Shown piece after piece: positions 1 to 12,335 of a stretch of 64,000 nucleotides of DNA. The notes below the pieces were generated by a model that saw nothing but the letters and a program-made list of their open reading frames with translations, searched no databases and was not told where the DNA came from. The DNA comes from Octopus vulgaris. Its lineage: Eukaryota. Within the stretch, counting starts at the first letter, position 1; each line of letters begins with the position of its first letter. Position numbers and translations under genes: made by a program. The stretch covers positions 46,748,001 through 46,812,000 of the forward strand of contig OX597825.1 of the NCBI GenBank assembly GCA_951406725.2, written 5' to 3'.

Positions 1-186
1 ATCTACTGATTTTTAAGTAATTAAAAATCTCCCCAAAAACATTGAAGTTTGTATAGATCTAGTAGAAATTAGCACAGACTTTCAAGGAAACTGTACCACA
101 AATTGAGTACCAAAGATGGCACATTTTGATATCTTATGTTTTCAAAGACATTTCTTTTGTGTGTGTTGGAAAACATTTTAGATATA

Positions 187-369
187 TAGTAATCCTATCG
201 TGGTTCATTATTTAAGCTTACGTCAATTCTTCCATGGTGTTGTTTTGCATTTATGATAAAATAAATATATACAAATTATAAAAATAACAGTACTATTTGT
301 ACTTTATGGATTTTCACCTACCACAGGGGATTTGGGAATGTAACACCTATGATAGTCAAGGGATTACTG
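187..369. mobile_element. Tigger/pogo-like MITE, decayed
   Basis: Left end TAGTAATCC..TATCG and right end GATAG..GGGATTACTG are inverted copies; flanked by TA; no ORF. Confidence 0.5.
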
Positions 370-706
370 TATATTTATATTAGGGAAGTGAGGTTTAGTT
401 TGTTAGTTAGTTCCATGTGCTAACAGGAAGTATACTTGCTATTTGTGTCTTTTGTTTTATAACTAATGGTGGACATATATTAATCAATGTGTGTCAGCTT
501 GTAGACACAGACTTCACAGACATTGTTATATGAACATTAGCTTTATGTTATTTATTTCTGTACAATTGATTGCCATTGTTTTCATTTTATAAAGTTGAAT
601 GGAAACAGGCTTCCACTTTGATATCCAAACCAGTTGTTTAGATTTCATGGAAATTTCTTTTTGTAGAAGAATTCATTTTGTTCTAATTAATTCTTACTTT
701 TTACAG

Positions 707-812
707 GCTGGTCTGAATGCTTTTGATAAGCCATTGGAATTAAGTTTGATTTCTTCTGATTATGAACGTTTTATTTCCATCCTAGCTGCCCAAAAACCTA
801 ATTGGATTCCTG
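707..812 (+). CDS. Serine beta-lactamase/EstB-family protein, first exon in window (upstream exons lie outside)
   Basis: Acceptor ttttacag at 706, donor gtaagt at 813; 106 nt, phase 0 to 1; AGLNAFDKPLELSLISSDYERFISILAAQKPNWIPG fits the HxAGL...P.W.PG segment of the family. Confidence 0.9.
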
Positions 813-1501
813 GTAAGTATACTTAATTTAAGGAAAACATACAGTTACATGGTTTTTATACTGAAAAATTAATATAAATTATTGAAACTTTAAACTAATA
901 AGTAGCGTTCTTAATCAGAATGAACCCAACAAATTCTTATTAATTCCTCTCCACTTCTCATCAATGAACGTATTGCTTAAATATATTTTCTAACAATACA
1001 TTCATTTATGCATTTCTATTCAAAGATTAAAAGTTGATATGACAAAAGTTACTTTTTAATAAGCATAATAAACAAATTGAATGTGTGACTAAATTTAATT
1101 ATATTTTGAAATAAAATGAATTCTGAAATAACTTTTAGAACATCAGAAGTTATCAATCATTTCGAGTCTTTCATGTTGAACTTTCTTACACTCTTAAATA
1201 TTGATGGTGTCTATATATTTCATATTATAGGTATGTTGTTTGATGTACCTAAGCTAAGCTTTTATTAGAAAATGACAGAGGGAAACAAAAAGTTCCTTTG
1301 GGGGGAAAATATGTGCATAATGAATGTAGATATATACTAGTTAAATGGCGCAGACATCAAAGATATAATTCTTTCACTGGGTCTAGTCACTACTAGTTTC
1401 TTTTAATTTCATTAAACACCATCAGGAATACAGAGTTCATATCAGAAATAAGTATGATTATTTTATGTAAATATATTTTTCTTTGTTTTTGTATTTTGTA
1501 G

Positions 1502-1624
1502 GTACACAATCAGGTTATCATGCCTTTACTTTTGGCCTTTATGTTGATGTACTTTTAACAAAAGTAGATCCCCTGAAACGTTCAATAGAACAAATCTATC
1601 AAGAAGAAATAATGATGCCTTTTG
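1502..1624 (+). CDS. Beta-lactamase-family protein, second exon
   Basis: Acceptor ttttgtag at 1501, donor gtaagt at 1625; 123 nt, phase 1 to 1; TQSGYHAFTFGLYVDVLLTKVDPLKRSIEQIYQEEIMMPFG contains the GYHxxTFG catalytic-Tyr motif. Confidence 0.93.
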
Positions 1625-2529
1625 GTAAGTATAATTACCGACAAATATGGCCATAACAGTAAAAAAAGAGCAAATTACCAGCCATTTATGGATTTTTTCT
1701 AAAGCCATTTCATTTACACTGCTGTTTGATTGAGAATGTTAAGAATGTAACCATCACATTTCTCCCAGCTATGAATTTATGATATTGTGCTTTAATATTT
1801 AAAAAATTCTTAGTAGTTACTGTATGGCATGACTTTCAGGTATGAAGGTGAGAGCTTAGAGTCTACAATGAAATGTAGACTGTACTGTTCAATTGTGATG
1901 ATTGTTTTTGCACTCTCCAGGAGTGCATAAACAGTCAGCACAATTGAACTTACAGTACCCTGGGAGGACAGATTCGAAATTTTTGACCAGCAAAAGAAAA
2001 CCTAATATCAGGATTTTATCATCAAGACCCTTGTCAAGAGATGACATGTAATTTCATTTCCTATTGGAACCAGCTACCACAGCTTTCCAGTTAGATCTGC
2101 ATGCTATTTCTTGCAGAAGATTGGTCTGGGACCCAGACAACTGAAGAAAGCCACCATAGAGATAGGCATAACAGCTGAGGTGAGCTCATTGTGGCAGTTG
2201 TTGACAAGAGACTACAGGTGGAACCTTTTCACAAGTGAACACTAATTGAGTCTTTGTTGCTCCACTCAGGCAAAAGCTAAGGAGTGAAATGCTTTTGATC
2301 CTGAGACACCTACTTATACAGGATTTTCAACATTGTGATGGATTTAGAAGAGTTTGCAATACCTCTGAGTAGCTCCTTCAGTTTCTGCATGGAACAAAGC
2401 ATCTCCAATGTTTATTTCACCTGCGTTTAGAAATGTAATGGGGCATGAGCCATTGTCATTCAACTCACCAGAAAAAGCAGTCCACTATTCCTCAAATCAC
2501 ATCCTATCATCTTCAAAAGGAAAGAAACA

Positions 2530-2900
2530 TTGGATAATATACTTTTCTACTATAATGAATAAGAGTGGGCTGAGAACTGAGCCCTGATGAACCCCTACCT
2601 GTACACTAAATTCATCACTGTATTCATGACAAACTCTCACCTTACTGACAGCACCACTGTACATAGCTTGTACAGCTCTAACAAGCCACTCCTCTACTCC
2701 TAATGTTCTTAGAGACCACCATATAACAGGGAGGGGAACTCTGTTGAAAGTTTTCTCCAAGTCGGTGAAGGCTAAGTACAATGGCATCTGTAGTTCTCTT
2801 TCCAGGTACAAAACCAAACTGCATCTCTTCTAATTTAATTCTATTTCTAATCAATTTAGCTATAACCCTCTCAGTAACTTTCATGGCTTGGTCTAGCATT
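2530..2900 (-). mobile_element. RTE-clade LINE reverse transcriptase fragment
   Basis: QFGFVPGKRTTDAI, YLAFTDLEKTFNRVP and VGVHQGSVLSPLLF in broken frames. Confidence 0.85.
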
Positions 2901-2949
2901 CAGTGGTGGAAATCAACAAGATCTGAGAAACAGAAGCCATTATAACACT

Positions 2950-2988
<39 letters not shown>

Positions 2989-3534
2989 TAGCGTGCCTGT
3001 GGACAAGAAGCTGAAGTATGCTTCTCAGTGACTAAATGCCACTCAGTCAAGTACTCTGGATGCAGTCCAGGATACCTGTGTTGTGTAATAGCAGTAGCAT
3101 TACAGATGTGAACACAGTAGTCCATTGTAGGCCTTGTAGAGTATCAACAGTAGTTGAAGGTTGAAATACCTTGTGGCCTAGAAGAGACCTTTGGTGATAG
3201 TAAGATCCAACATTTGAAGATTCCACTGTGAGCATTCTGAATGCTATACATGCAGGATTTTCGTACATACGTATGTACGCACATACGTGTGTTACTGTCC
3301 ACTTGCATGAACATCGTGTAGTATTTGTAAGCAAGTTCCACTGTCTTACAAGCAGTGTCCTTCATTTCCAGTATTCCATGAAAACATATCCAATCATGGA
3401 AAAATATTACCTTACTGAGGGTTTGTGACAGGAAGAGCATCTGGTTATGGAAAATCTGCTTCAGCATATTCTCTCTGACTTATACCGGCATGGAAAAGTG
3501 ATGATAATGTCTATGTTACATGTGAATGATAAAT

Positions 3535-4350
3535 AGCTTAGGAAAGTTGAGGATGAATGTAGGGTAATATCATCTGCATAAGAGTGGGAGTTGTAAGATA
3601 TAGAAGTAATTGATGTATAGAAGGAAGAGAATTGGAGACAAAACTAAGCCACAGAGAGCACCAGAACTGATTGAGAGTGGGAGAAAAAGGGCTCCATCTA
3701 CACATGCTACAAAGGTGTGACTTGATAGGAAGCTTCTGATACAAAGGATGAGAGATGGATGAAGCCCATAGATAGGAAATTTTGTTTGTAAACTTGTATG
3801 CCATATATTGTTGAAGGTTTTTGCTGGTGTCTAGAATTATGTCACTTTCATTGAATTTCTCTAAAGTGAGAACCCACTGGTAAATAACATAAGAGAGTTG
3901 GTCTCCAGTAGTTCTGGCACTGTTCCAGGGTGTCACTGAGGAAAGAGTGATTCAAGGTGTTTAGAGAGTATTGTGATTAATGGCTGTTTCCATTAGAGAT
4001 GTTACAAATGAAAGCTTTGGTTGGGTTGAAAGGATTGTCTTTCTTTGAAATGGGACACAATGAAGTATGCTTCCGAATGTCAAGGTATATCCATGTAGAG
4101 TGTGAGAGATTAAAGTTTGATGAGTATAGTAGTAAGTTCTAAGTTGCAATGTTGAAGTGTAATGTTTATATGAAAGGAACATTGTCAGGGCCAATGGCTT
4201 TGTTTGAAGCAGCCAGAGATATTTTTGTACTTAGTGTGTGTGTGAGGTTGGGAGCCTATAGGAGTAGAAGGTGAAGATTAGCTAAGTTTGTGTAGTGTGG
4301 CAAAGTAGGCAGTGAAGGTGAAGGCTTTCTCTATGGGGTTACTGCTTACT
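3535..4350 (-). mobile_element. Decayed LINE (CR1/L2-like) RT fragment
   Basis: Minus strand retains HSYADD near 3575-3590 and a degraded PQ.SVL-like motif; many stops. Confidence 0.5.
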
Positions 4351-4394
4351 GAGCCACCATTGTTTAAAAAAACAAGTAACAGTTTTAAAAATAA

Positions 4395-5255
4395 CATTGG
4401 ACAACAATTTTAAAAAAAATTTCTGTTGTATGAGATTTTTTTTACTGATTCTGTCTTTTTTGTGCTAATTTCAAATCTGTAATCAGTTTTGCTCTCTGTG
4501 CTCTAGTTTTCTTGCAATTTGAAGATTAACTTTTTATATATTTATTGTTAAATTTGACATAGAGAGATACATATATCATTCTTACAAAAAATTGACAATT
4601 GTGTTTTTTCAGCTCTGATCATGGCTTCTTCAAGTTGACATAGATGTGTGAATAACCTTGATGGCTTCTGCTATATCTGTGGTTCCTTCACGCTTATTTG
4701 TCAAAAGAACAATATCACATTGTTTGTGAGATGGGCTTATGAAGCCTATTTTGGAATTCCCCTAGGTGACCAAGACAAAAAATGGGCCCCTCATGTGTCA
4801 TAACTGTGATGAAATGCTTCATGGCTGGACAAAATGAAAATGAAAGGGCCTGCTGTTTGGAGTTTCTATGGTTTGACAAGAGCTGAGGGACCACACAAGT
4901 GACCGCTATTTTTGTATGGTCAACACAGAAGGCAAAAAAATAGGTGTAAAATATCTATCCCAATATTCCTTCAGCAATTAGACCTATTATGCACTGTGTG
5001 ACACTCATGATTCCAGTTTTCCTTGGGTTTGTTTCTTCCAAAGACAAAGCTAGTGAACAAGAGTATGAGAACGATAATGAAGAAATTACTTCAGAATTCC
5101 AAGACTCCTCTTATGATACTGAAAAATCAACTCCTCAACAGTTTAACCAAACAAAACTGAATGATTTAGTGTGTGATTTGGGTCTTTCCAAGAATACAGC
5201 TGAAGTTCTAATCTCTAGACTGCAAGAAAAACATCTTGACCAAACTGCAAAAGCG
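4395..5255 (+). mobile_element. Chapaev3-like (CMC) DNA transposon, 5' fragment
   Basis: Terminus CATTGGACAAC; broken frames give CVNNLDGFCYICG, AYFGIPLGDQDKKWAPH and FNQTKLNDLVCDLGLSK. Confidence 0.7.
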
Positions 5256-5469
5256 TTCACTCACCAATTATTTCCTTCTCTCATTCCATTTCTGTTCCTT
5301 TTACTGGGGTAAAAATATTAGGATTTATCACTTCCTAGATTCTTCTTTCAAATGATCTATTTTAACTTACAGTGACACAAGTGAATTCTTAGTTAAGCTT
5401 CTGTCATTCTATTTCTTTACAATTCCCAGCTGTAATACTAACTATATTTATATTTCTACTTCTTTGTAG

Positions 5470-5639
5470 GTATTGATTTCTATCAAGGGCTTCCTTATTC
5501 AGAACACTATCGCGCAGCGCCACAGGTTGTTGATAAACATTGGTGGGAATATCTAACTTCTTACCAAAACATACTTAATTTTATTACTTTGATAACATTT
5601 ACCAATGAAAATCTAATGAAAACTATAGAAACATTAAAA
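5470..5639 (+). CDS. Beta-lactamase-family protein, third exon
   Basis: Acceptor ctttgtag at 5469, donor gtaagt at 5640; 170 nt, phase 1 to 0; IDFYQGLPYSEHYRAAPQVVDKHWWEYLTSYQNILNFITLITFTNENLMKTIETLK. Confidence 0.88.
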
Positions 5640-6829
5640 GTAAGTAGAAGTACTACTATGAGTGTATGTTATACAAGGGTTGATATTATATTCAAGAATA
5701 TATGCTATAATACAGTCTTTCTAAACCCAGCAATAAACTAAGCTGAGAATAGCCTTTCTCAATTAATGAACAGAACATTGTTTTGCACATAATGCTAAAA
5801 AGGGGGATGTTATAACTTGAGATAATTGTTAAACAGAATATATAAATGTGATGTAATGGAAACTACTATTCTATCAAACTATTGTAGAAAACAAAATCCT
5901 CATTTGTTGCAATGTAATGGAATATGAAGTTTTTAAGGAAGAGACTTCTTGGATAATCTTCTATGAATGATTCTTCTTTTAAGAGGCATCGTTGATATAA
6001 AAGAAATGAAATTCTAACTCTAGGAGGTAAAAATACTTTATTCAGTAGTTGTAAGTGTTAGTGAAGTACTGATTTGGAGTAAACTTGAACAATTACTTTG
6101 GAAAAGCAGTTTAAATAGCAGAGGCATAAGCTCTAACTTATGAATTGCTTCTTTCTAAATGTGGAATCTAAATGTTGTATTTCATTAAGCCCCTCTGTAA
6201 AATGGTACAAAACATTTATTATTGATGTTTACCAGAAAACATTGTATATATGATATTGATAGAGTCTATTTGAATCAATCATTAAGAAATGAAAAACTTT
6301 GGTCAGTTTCTTGTATTATATAATTACATTCAGGTGTGGATATGATAAATGTCAATGAAATATGATATAAACAATAGGACAGAGAGTATACTGCATATTA
6401 GGAGAGTATTCTGCATATTCAGGAGAGTATTCTGCATATTAAATATGCATATGGCAAGGTCCCACAGATATAATTATTGTAAATTAAAAGTTATCACTTA
6501 ACTGAAGTTATCAATCATAACAAAGTTTTTTTATATCTAAAAACAGCACCCAATCGACTAGTAACAGACAAGTTTTAATCTTATTAGCTGGTTGTTTATT
6601 TTCTCGTTACTGTTTTTAGATTCACAATGCCTCCAAAAGGAAATTCTATTTTCTAATTACATGGGTAATCTCATTTAATCAAAGGTTTTCACTTTACTAT
6701 ATTACATATGTTAAAGTCGTCTGGTTGTGTATAAGTATGTTTATACTCAGTTGTTTCTCAGCTTTATTGCTGATACTCTTAATCAGCATCACTACTTTCA
6801 CTCTATTTCTATTCATACTGATCCATTTA

Positions 6830-7640
6830 AAGTCTTTCCTTTCATTCTATATATTTCAAAAAGTTCCTGGACTAGTTCTGTAGCATGCCAACAGATAGCA
6901 GCACATGGATGCATGTGCAATGCCTCACAAACTTTCCAAGTCCAATCACGTGCAGAGAGTGAATGTGTGCTCTTCTTTGCTGTCATGCCTCATGAATGAA
7001 CCTTTTTTGGACTGAAGAGTGATTGGTGATGAGAAATAGGTTCTCTATAAAAATGTCATGTGTCAAAGACAGTGGGTAGAAACACTGGTGCCCCAGGCTA
7101 AAGAAGGTCTTCACCCACATAAGGTGTTGTTATCTGTTTGGTGGGATATGAAAGGTTTAGTCCACTTAAAATTTTTAAACCCAAGCCAAATGATAACAAT
7201 GAGCAGCTTCATCGACTTAAGTCAGCGCTAGAAGAAAAACGGCCATCTTTGGTTTCAAGATGAAAGTTGTTCTTCCATTGGGATAATACTCGGCTATATA
7301 CAGCGAGGATGACATTCCAAAGGCTGGAGCAGTTTGTATGGGAAACGATACCCCACCCAACATATTCGGCGGACATTGCTCCATCTGATTATCATTTATT
7401 CCACAGTCTTCAAAATCATTTGGACGGAAAAAATATGAATTCTGTAGACCAGTACTGGGGGAGTATTTTTCACCATGGACAAGTGAATTTTGGAAGAGGG
7501 GCCTGCCTTGCATGTCTACGAGATAGTTGCAAGAGCATTATAGAAAATGAAGGAAAGTATATTTTAGATTAAAAAAGAACTTTAATTTTGAATAATAAAA
7601 GAAGTAAAAAAAAACGCATTATTTATAGGATGACCCAATA
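6830..7640 (+). mobile_element. Mariner (DD34D) transposon, 5'-truncated and decayed
   Basis: KVLLSVWWDMKG, then WDN followed by 34 residues to YSADIAPSDY; 3' TIR-like end GGATGACCCAATA running into (TA)n. Confidence 0.9.
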
Positions 7641-7659
7641 TATATATATATATATATAG

Positions 7660-7950
7660 TTGAAATTTATAGAAAAACAAAAGTCGAAAATGGGTGTATG
7701 AACAAAAGTAAATGTATTAGTTTGAAGTTTAGGAAAAATGAAATAGTCTTTTACATTTTGAGCCTACACTCTTCAACAGAAAGGAATAAGAGAAGATAAT
7801 CAGAGAGAATGGAAAAAAAAATGTGTGGAGTTCAGCAGTCAAACATGGAGAAAGATTGGAAAAAAAGAGGTTGAAAGAAAGGGAGATGATAATAAACAAA
7901 CAGATTGAATGAAAGAGCGATAATAGTAGTGCTAGTGATCCCAGCAAGAG
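7660..7950 (-). mobile_element. ORF-less PLE-type 3' tail
   Basis: Homologous to 35830-36015; carries an HHR-like motif; abuts (TA)n. Confidence 0.6.
7748..7783 (-). ncRNA. Degenerate minimal hammerhead motif
   Basis: CTTT-CTGTTGA-AGAGtgtaggCTC-AAAA-TG-TA-AAAG; A6 to U and G12 to A changes. Confidence 0.45.
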
Positions 7951-7967
7951 AGGGTGTGTGTGTGTGT

Positions 7968-9430
7968 ATTGTTTAATTATTAATGGTGAAACTTCGAAGT
8001 ATGGAATTGACTAGGCCTTTTATATCTTTTCATAGTCTCTTGCATGAATACATCCAACACGCCGTTAAATGAGAATGCATTTTTCGTGGGTAGACAATTT
8101 GCCATCTACTTCCTGCATGTAAGGAAATCACTTAGTGGCTTTCCTCTTATATTTGAATATAATTTGCAGTCCTTGGACGTTTTTTTATGCATGCTGGCCA
8201 CTGATATAAATTGTTATTTTTACCCTTAGTAATTATATGTAAATACAAATATGTAAGCTGAGTGACTCCAACGTGTGTGAGTGTGTAACGTGTGTGTTGC
8301 GTGTAGCAGTTGATGTATGCTTTTTCATGTGGTGTGTGAGTGTGTGAATCTGTGACCAAAGAGTGTGCATGTCTATAGTGTATGTATGTGGGCGAAAGTT
8401 ATTTTTGTCTATGTATGTTGCATATGTTAATGTGTGTTGCCTGTGTATGTATATATAGCCTGCGTTCAGGAATTATGTGCTTGTGTGGGTGAGAGAGTTT
8501 ATATTGTCTTTGTTCAGGTATTATGTGCTTATGTGGGTGTGTGTGTGAGCATGATGGTGTGTAGTGTGTGTACTATGTTAAACAGTGTGTGGCTGCTCAT
8601 ATAGTGGTATGTGTGATGACGCTGCTGAAGATTATATGTGGGTGTGTAGATAATGCTGTGTGGTACTTATATATATGTATTTACATATAATTACTAAGGG
8701 TAAAAATTATTAAAAAATAACAATTTATATCAGTAGCCAGCATGCATAAAAAAACGTCCAAAGACTGCAAATTATATTCAAATATAAGAGGAAAGCAACT
8801 AAGTGAATTCCTTACATGCAGAAAGTAGATGCCAAATCGTCTACCCATGAAAAATACATTCTCAATTAACGGCGAGTTGGATGTACTCGTGCAAGAGACT
8901 ATGAAAAGGTTTAAAAGGTCCAGTCAATTCCATACTTCGAAGTTTCACCATCAATAATTAAACAATTATCTGTGGATCTTCAGTGGAATCCACTGGGGAC
9001 ACATAATAGAACTCGAATATATAACCTTTCTGTGAAATGACACACGTGCATATAAATTTCTACCATTATACATCATGTGTTCAATTCAAATGTTTTCAAC
9101 CACCGTGCCAAGCCAGAATAAATAAGTAGTGAATAAAATTCAGCAGTGGCTTACCCAACTCAAGAACTAAAATATTTAAAAAATAAGTACCAAGGTAAAA
9201 ATTATTATTTAAAAAAATAACTATTTATACTAGTGGTCAGCATGCGTAAAAACGTTCAAGGACTGCAAATTATATTCAAATATAAGAGGAAAGCCAAAAA
9301 GTGGTTTCCTTACATGCAGAAAGTAGATGCCAAATTGTCTACCCACGAAAAATGCATTCTCGTTTAATGGCGCATAGGATGTACTCGTGCAAGACACCAT
9401 GTAAAGGGTACACTGATAATTGTTTAATTA
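7968..9430. mobile_element. Compound PLE-tail insertion: one + copy (7968-8255) and two tandem - copies (8672-9180, 9190-9400)
   Basis: Three copies of the same roughly 250-bp block in inverted and direct orientation around a GT-rich spacer; includes an HHR. Confidence 0.75.
8927..8989 (-). ncRNA. Type I hammerhead ribozyme with palindromic stem III
   Basis: ATTCCA-CTGAAGA-stem II (CCA..ATAATT/AATTAT..TGG)-GAAA-CTTCGAAG-TA-TGGAAT; 6-bp stem I and intact core. Confidence 0.8.
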
Positions 9431-9438
9431 CACTGGTT

Positions 9439-10234
9439 GGATCTTTTCCTTTTGAACGGCACTTTGTAACATAATTTCTAGGTAACTAAAAAGTTTTAAA
9501 CTTCGTATACTGGTAGAATGTGTTTATAAAACATCATATTCTCTTAGCTTTATTGAGAAAATTCTATAGGTTGTAAGATATTTCGTCTTTAATTTCGAGC
9601 ATTTCGGCAATTTTAACCAATCTCTGACGTCCATTTAGGTAAATGACATTCTGTGCATAATGAATATGTCTCTCCTTTAAGAAACAGATTGGGTTTATTT
9701 ACATTTGTGAAGAAAAAAAGATACCCTTCCCCAACCCCTAACCCTAACCCTAACTCTAACCTTAAATCTAAAATAGATTGAAATGCAATAGATCGATACT
9801 AGGGCCATAATTATGGGTGACATTTTCATTTGACACCGCTAGAAAAAAATCCCATTTTCTGTAGCGTCACCCATAATTATAACCCTACTATCGATCTATT
9901 GCATTTCAATCTATTTTAGATTTAGGGTTAGTTAGGGTTAGGGTGAGGGAAGGGTATCTTTTTTCTTCACAAATGTAAATAAACCCAATGTGTTTCTTAA
10001 AGGAGGGACATATTCATTATGCACAATGTTATTTACCTAAATGGACGTCAGCGATTGGTTAAAATTGCCGAAATGTTCGAAATTAAAGACGAAGTATTTT
10101 GCAACATAGAATTTTCTCAATAAAGCCAAGAAAAAATGATGTTTTATAAACACATTCTACCAGTATACGAAGTTTAAAACTTTTTAGTTACCTAGAAATT
10201 ATGTTACAAAGTACCGTTCAAAAGGAAAAGATCC
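9439..10234. mobile_element. Foldback non-autonomous DNA transposon, about 370-380-bp arms, 8-bp TSD
   Basis: Termini GGATCTTTTCC / GGAAAAGATCC; arms 9439-9821 and 9866-10234; flanks CACTGGTT (9431-9438) and CACTGGTC (10235-10242); internal TAACCC/TTAGGG repeats. Confidence 0.85.
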
Positions 10235-11115
10235 CACTGGTCAACAAAACTAAATGTATTGTACTCATTATGATTGCAAACTAACTTTTCTAGACTAATT
10301 TTCATGCTGATTTCAAAATTTCACTCCATTTGTATGCAGCACGTATCAGTTTTTCAGTAGATACATGCAAATATTTATATTTTTGTATATAAGAAATCAT
10401 TAATGTAATAAATAAGGACATAATATTTGTAGAATGAGTTTATTGAATTAAAATCTTCACTATTATTCTACATAGAATAAATACATAAAAAATGGGTCAG
10501 ACAAAACAAAGTTAGAACAACAGCGTAAGAAACATTGTGACTTGGATTTCCTGCGGTGTTCCTGATCTGGTTGATCACGGTAAAGTGTCCAGTAGTAGTT
10601 TAGCCAGCATGCTGTCACTCTAGAAGCCTTGGTACTGTTTCTCCATAGCACTAATGTCCTGGTGAAATCTTTCACCATGTTTATCAGATACTGCTCCAAG
10701 TTTGTCTGCGAAGAAATCCAGATGGGAGCCCAAGAAGTGAACTGTCAGTGACATTTGACAACCCATTGCTGAATAACATTTCAGGAGATTCTTGATGCCA
10801 GCTTTGTAGTCCATTGCCTTCTTGTTGCCCAAGAAATTCTCACAGGTCCAATTGAAAGCATTTCAGGCAGGCAGCTTCAGTTCACCCGGTGTTGTCTTGA
10901 AGTCGACATCTTTGAGTACTTCTCTAATTTGGGTTCCAACAAAGATACCCTCTTTCAACTTTGTCTGTGTGATTTTGGGAAATTTTTCTACAGTATACTC
11001 AAAACTTCTGGTATTTCTCTTCCCTAGTGTCTTTTATAAACTGTTTCATCAGTCCAAGCTTTATGTGCAAAGGAGGCAATAGGACGTTACATGGAACTAC
11101 AAGAAGTGTATTCTT
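10235..11115 (-). mobile_element. Chapaev3-like DNA transposon, 3' fragment
   Basis: LPPLHIKLGLMKQF, KEGIFVGTQIR, MSLTVHFLGSHLDFF and SDKHGERFHQDI; terminus CACTGGTCAAC at 10235. Confidence 0.75.
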
Positions 11116-11124
11116 TTTAGCAAA

Positions 11125-11555
11125 TGTGTGGATGAGCATGTGTGTGTGTTTCAAGTAAAGGTGGATGAGTATATACATATAGGCACATGTACGTGGTTGT
11201 GCAGACGCGCAAGTGTATGTATGGACATGTGCGCTTACGCGATTCCTATGAACATTTTTACTCCCTTCCCTTACTACCTCCCCTTACTAAGCGGTCATTC
11301 TAATAGCGCTTTTGTCTTAATAATGGTCAATCACACAGTAATTTCCATTTGTTTAACGGTCATTTTCTTAGCATTTTTTTCGATGGCCTGATAACTGAAG
11401 AGATGCCGGCATAGGTTTCCGCCCCAACATCCGAGACTCAAAGTTTTATCATGGCTACCGAATAATTGTCACATATTATATTTACAGATAAATTCTTCTG
11501 TTTACATAATATCGAGGTCTCTTTCATTCTTTTGTTGCCTTTCCATTTTTATCAA
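11125..11555 (+). mobile_element. ORF-less PLE-type 3' tail
   Basis: GT-rich leader, HHR motif, ends in (TA)n; homologous to 57930-58570. Confidence 0.65.
11389..11451 (+). ncRNA. Hammerhead motif with GAAA mutated to GAGA
   Basis: TGATAA-CTGAAGA-GATG..CATC-C-GAGA-CTCAAAG-TT-TTATCA. Confidence 0.6.
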
Positions 11556-11705
11556 TATATATATATATATGTATATGTATATATATATGTATATAGATAT
11601 GCATGTATATATATTTGTATGTATTTATATTTGTATATATGTATATATATGAATATATATACATGCATATATATGTATATATAAATATGAATATATATGC
11701 ATATG

Positions 11706-11737
<32 letters not shown>

Positions 11738-11803
11738 TATATATATATGTATATATATTTAAATATATATGTATATATATATATGCATATGTATATATAA
11801 ATA
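11555..11803. repeat. Imperfect (TA)n microsatellite
   Basis: Direct reading of the sequence. Confidence 0.95.
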
Positions 11804-11804
11804 T

Positions 11805-12335
11805 AAGAGAGTGGTCACTATATTGATCACTCTAATGTATATATATATATTGTATAGAGGGTATTATTACACATAAATGCTTCACGCTAAGAGGGACATA
11901 AGTCATTACTACCAAAATTTAACTAATCATACCTAATGCAGTTCCCGAAGCAAGACGTTTAAAAAACTGAATTTAGTTCTATATCACCTGTGATTTCACA
12001 ATTAACGTATCAAAATACGTCTTTTGTTCTTCAGTAGAACAGATTCTGAACACATCATAAATAAACAACCAACATACCTAGCGAAGCCAAACAGACATCT
12101 GCTCCCCTCGGCGAAGCACATGGAAATGTTTATTCATCATATATTCGGTAAATGGCGGGCTCTTTCGAACTGCATGTCGGTAGGAAAAGTTTTTCTTCGG
12201 AATAAATTTAACAATTAAGGATAAAATCTTGATAAGGAATCTTAACAAGAAATTATCAGGTAGTTAGCGTGAAAAACCTCATAAGAGAAAAAAATTCGAA
12301 AATAATTTTTTATGAGGTTTTTCACGCTAACTACC
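11805..12335 (-). mobile_element. ORF-less PLE-type tail with short terminal inversion
   Basis: Contains an intact HHR; 12258-12284 is inverted at 12310-12336. Confidence 0.65.
11976..12040 (-). ncRNA. Type I hammerhead ribozyme
   Basis: GTTCTA-CTGAAGA-ACAAaaGACGTAT tttg ATACGTTaaTTGT-GAAA-TCAC ag GTGA-TA-TAGAAC; all three stems pair. Confidence 0.88.

Noticed and set aside
599-826. 75-aa ORF as a standalone gene
   Set aside because: Only 707-812 is exonic; the rest is intron read-through.
707-1624. Bacterial contamination or recent transfer of a resistance beta-lactamase
   Set aside because: Spliceosomal introns and host-like AT content; the family is widespread in invertebrates.
6383-6442. 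Three copies of GAGAGTATTCTGCATATT as a CRISPR-like array
   Set aside because: The copies are contiguous with no unique spacers; it is a minisatellite in eukaryotic DNA.
9733-9945. TAACCC/TTAGGG repeats as a telomere or chromosome fusion scar
   Set aside because: Only a few units, internal to the arms of a TSD-flanked foldback element.
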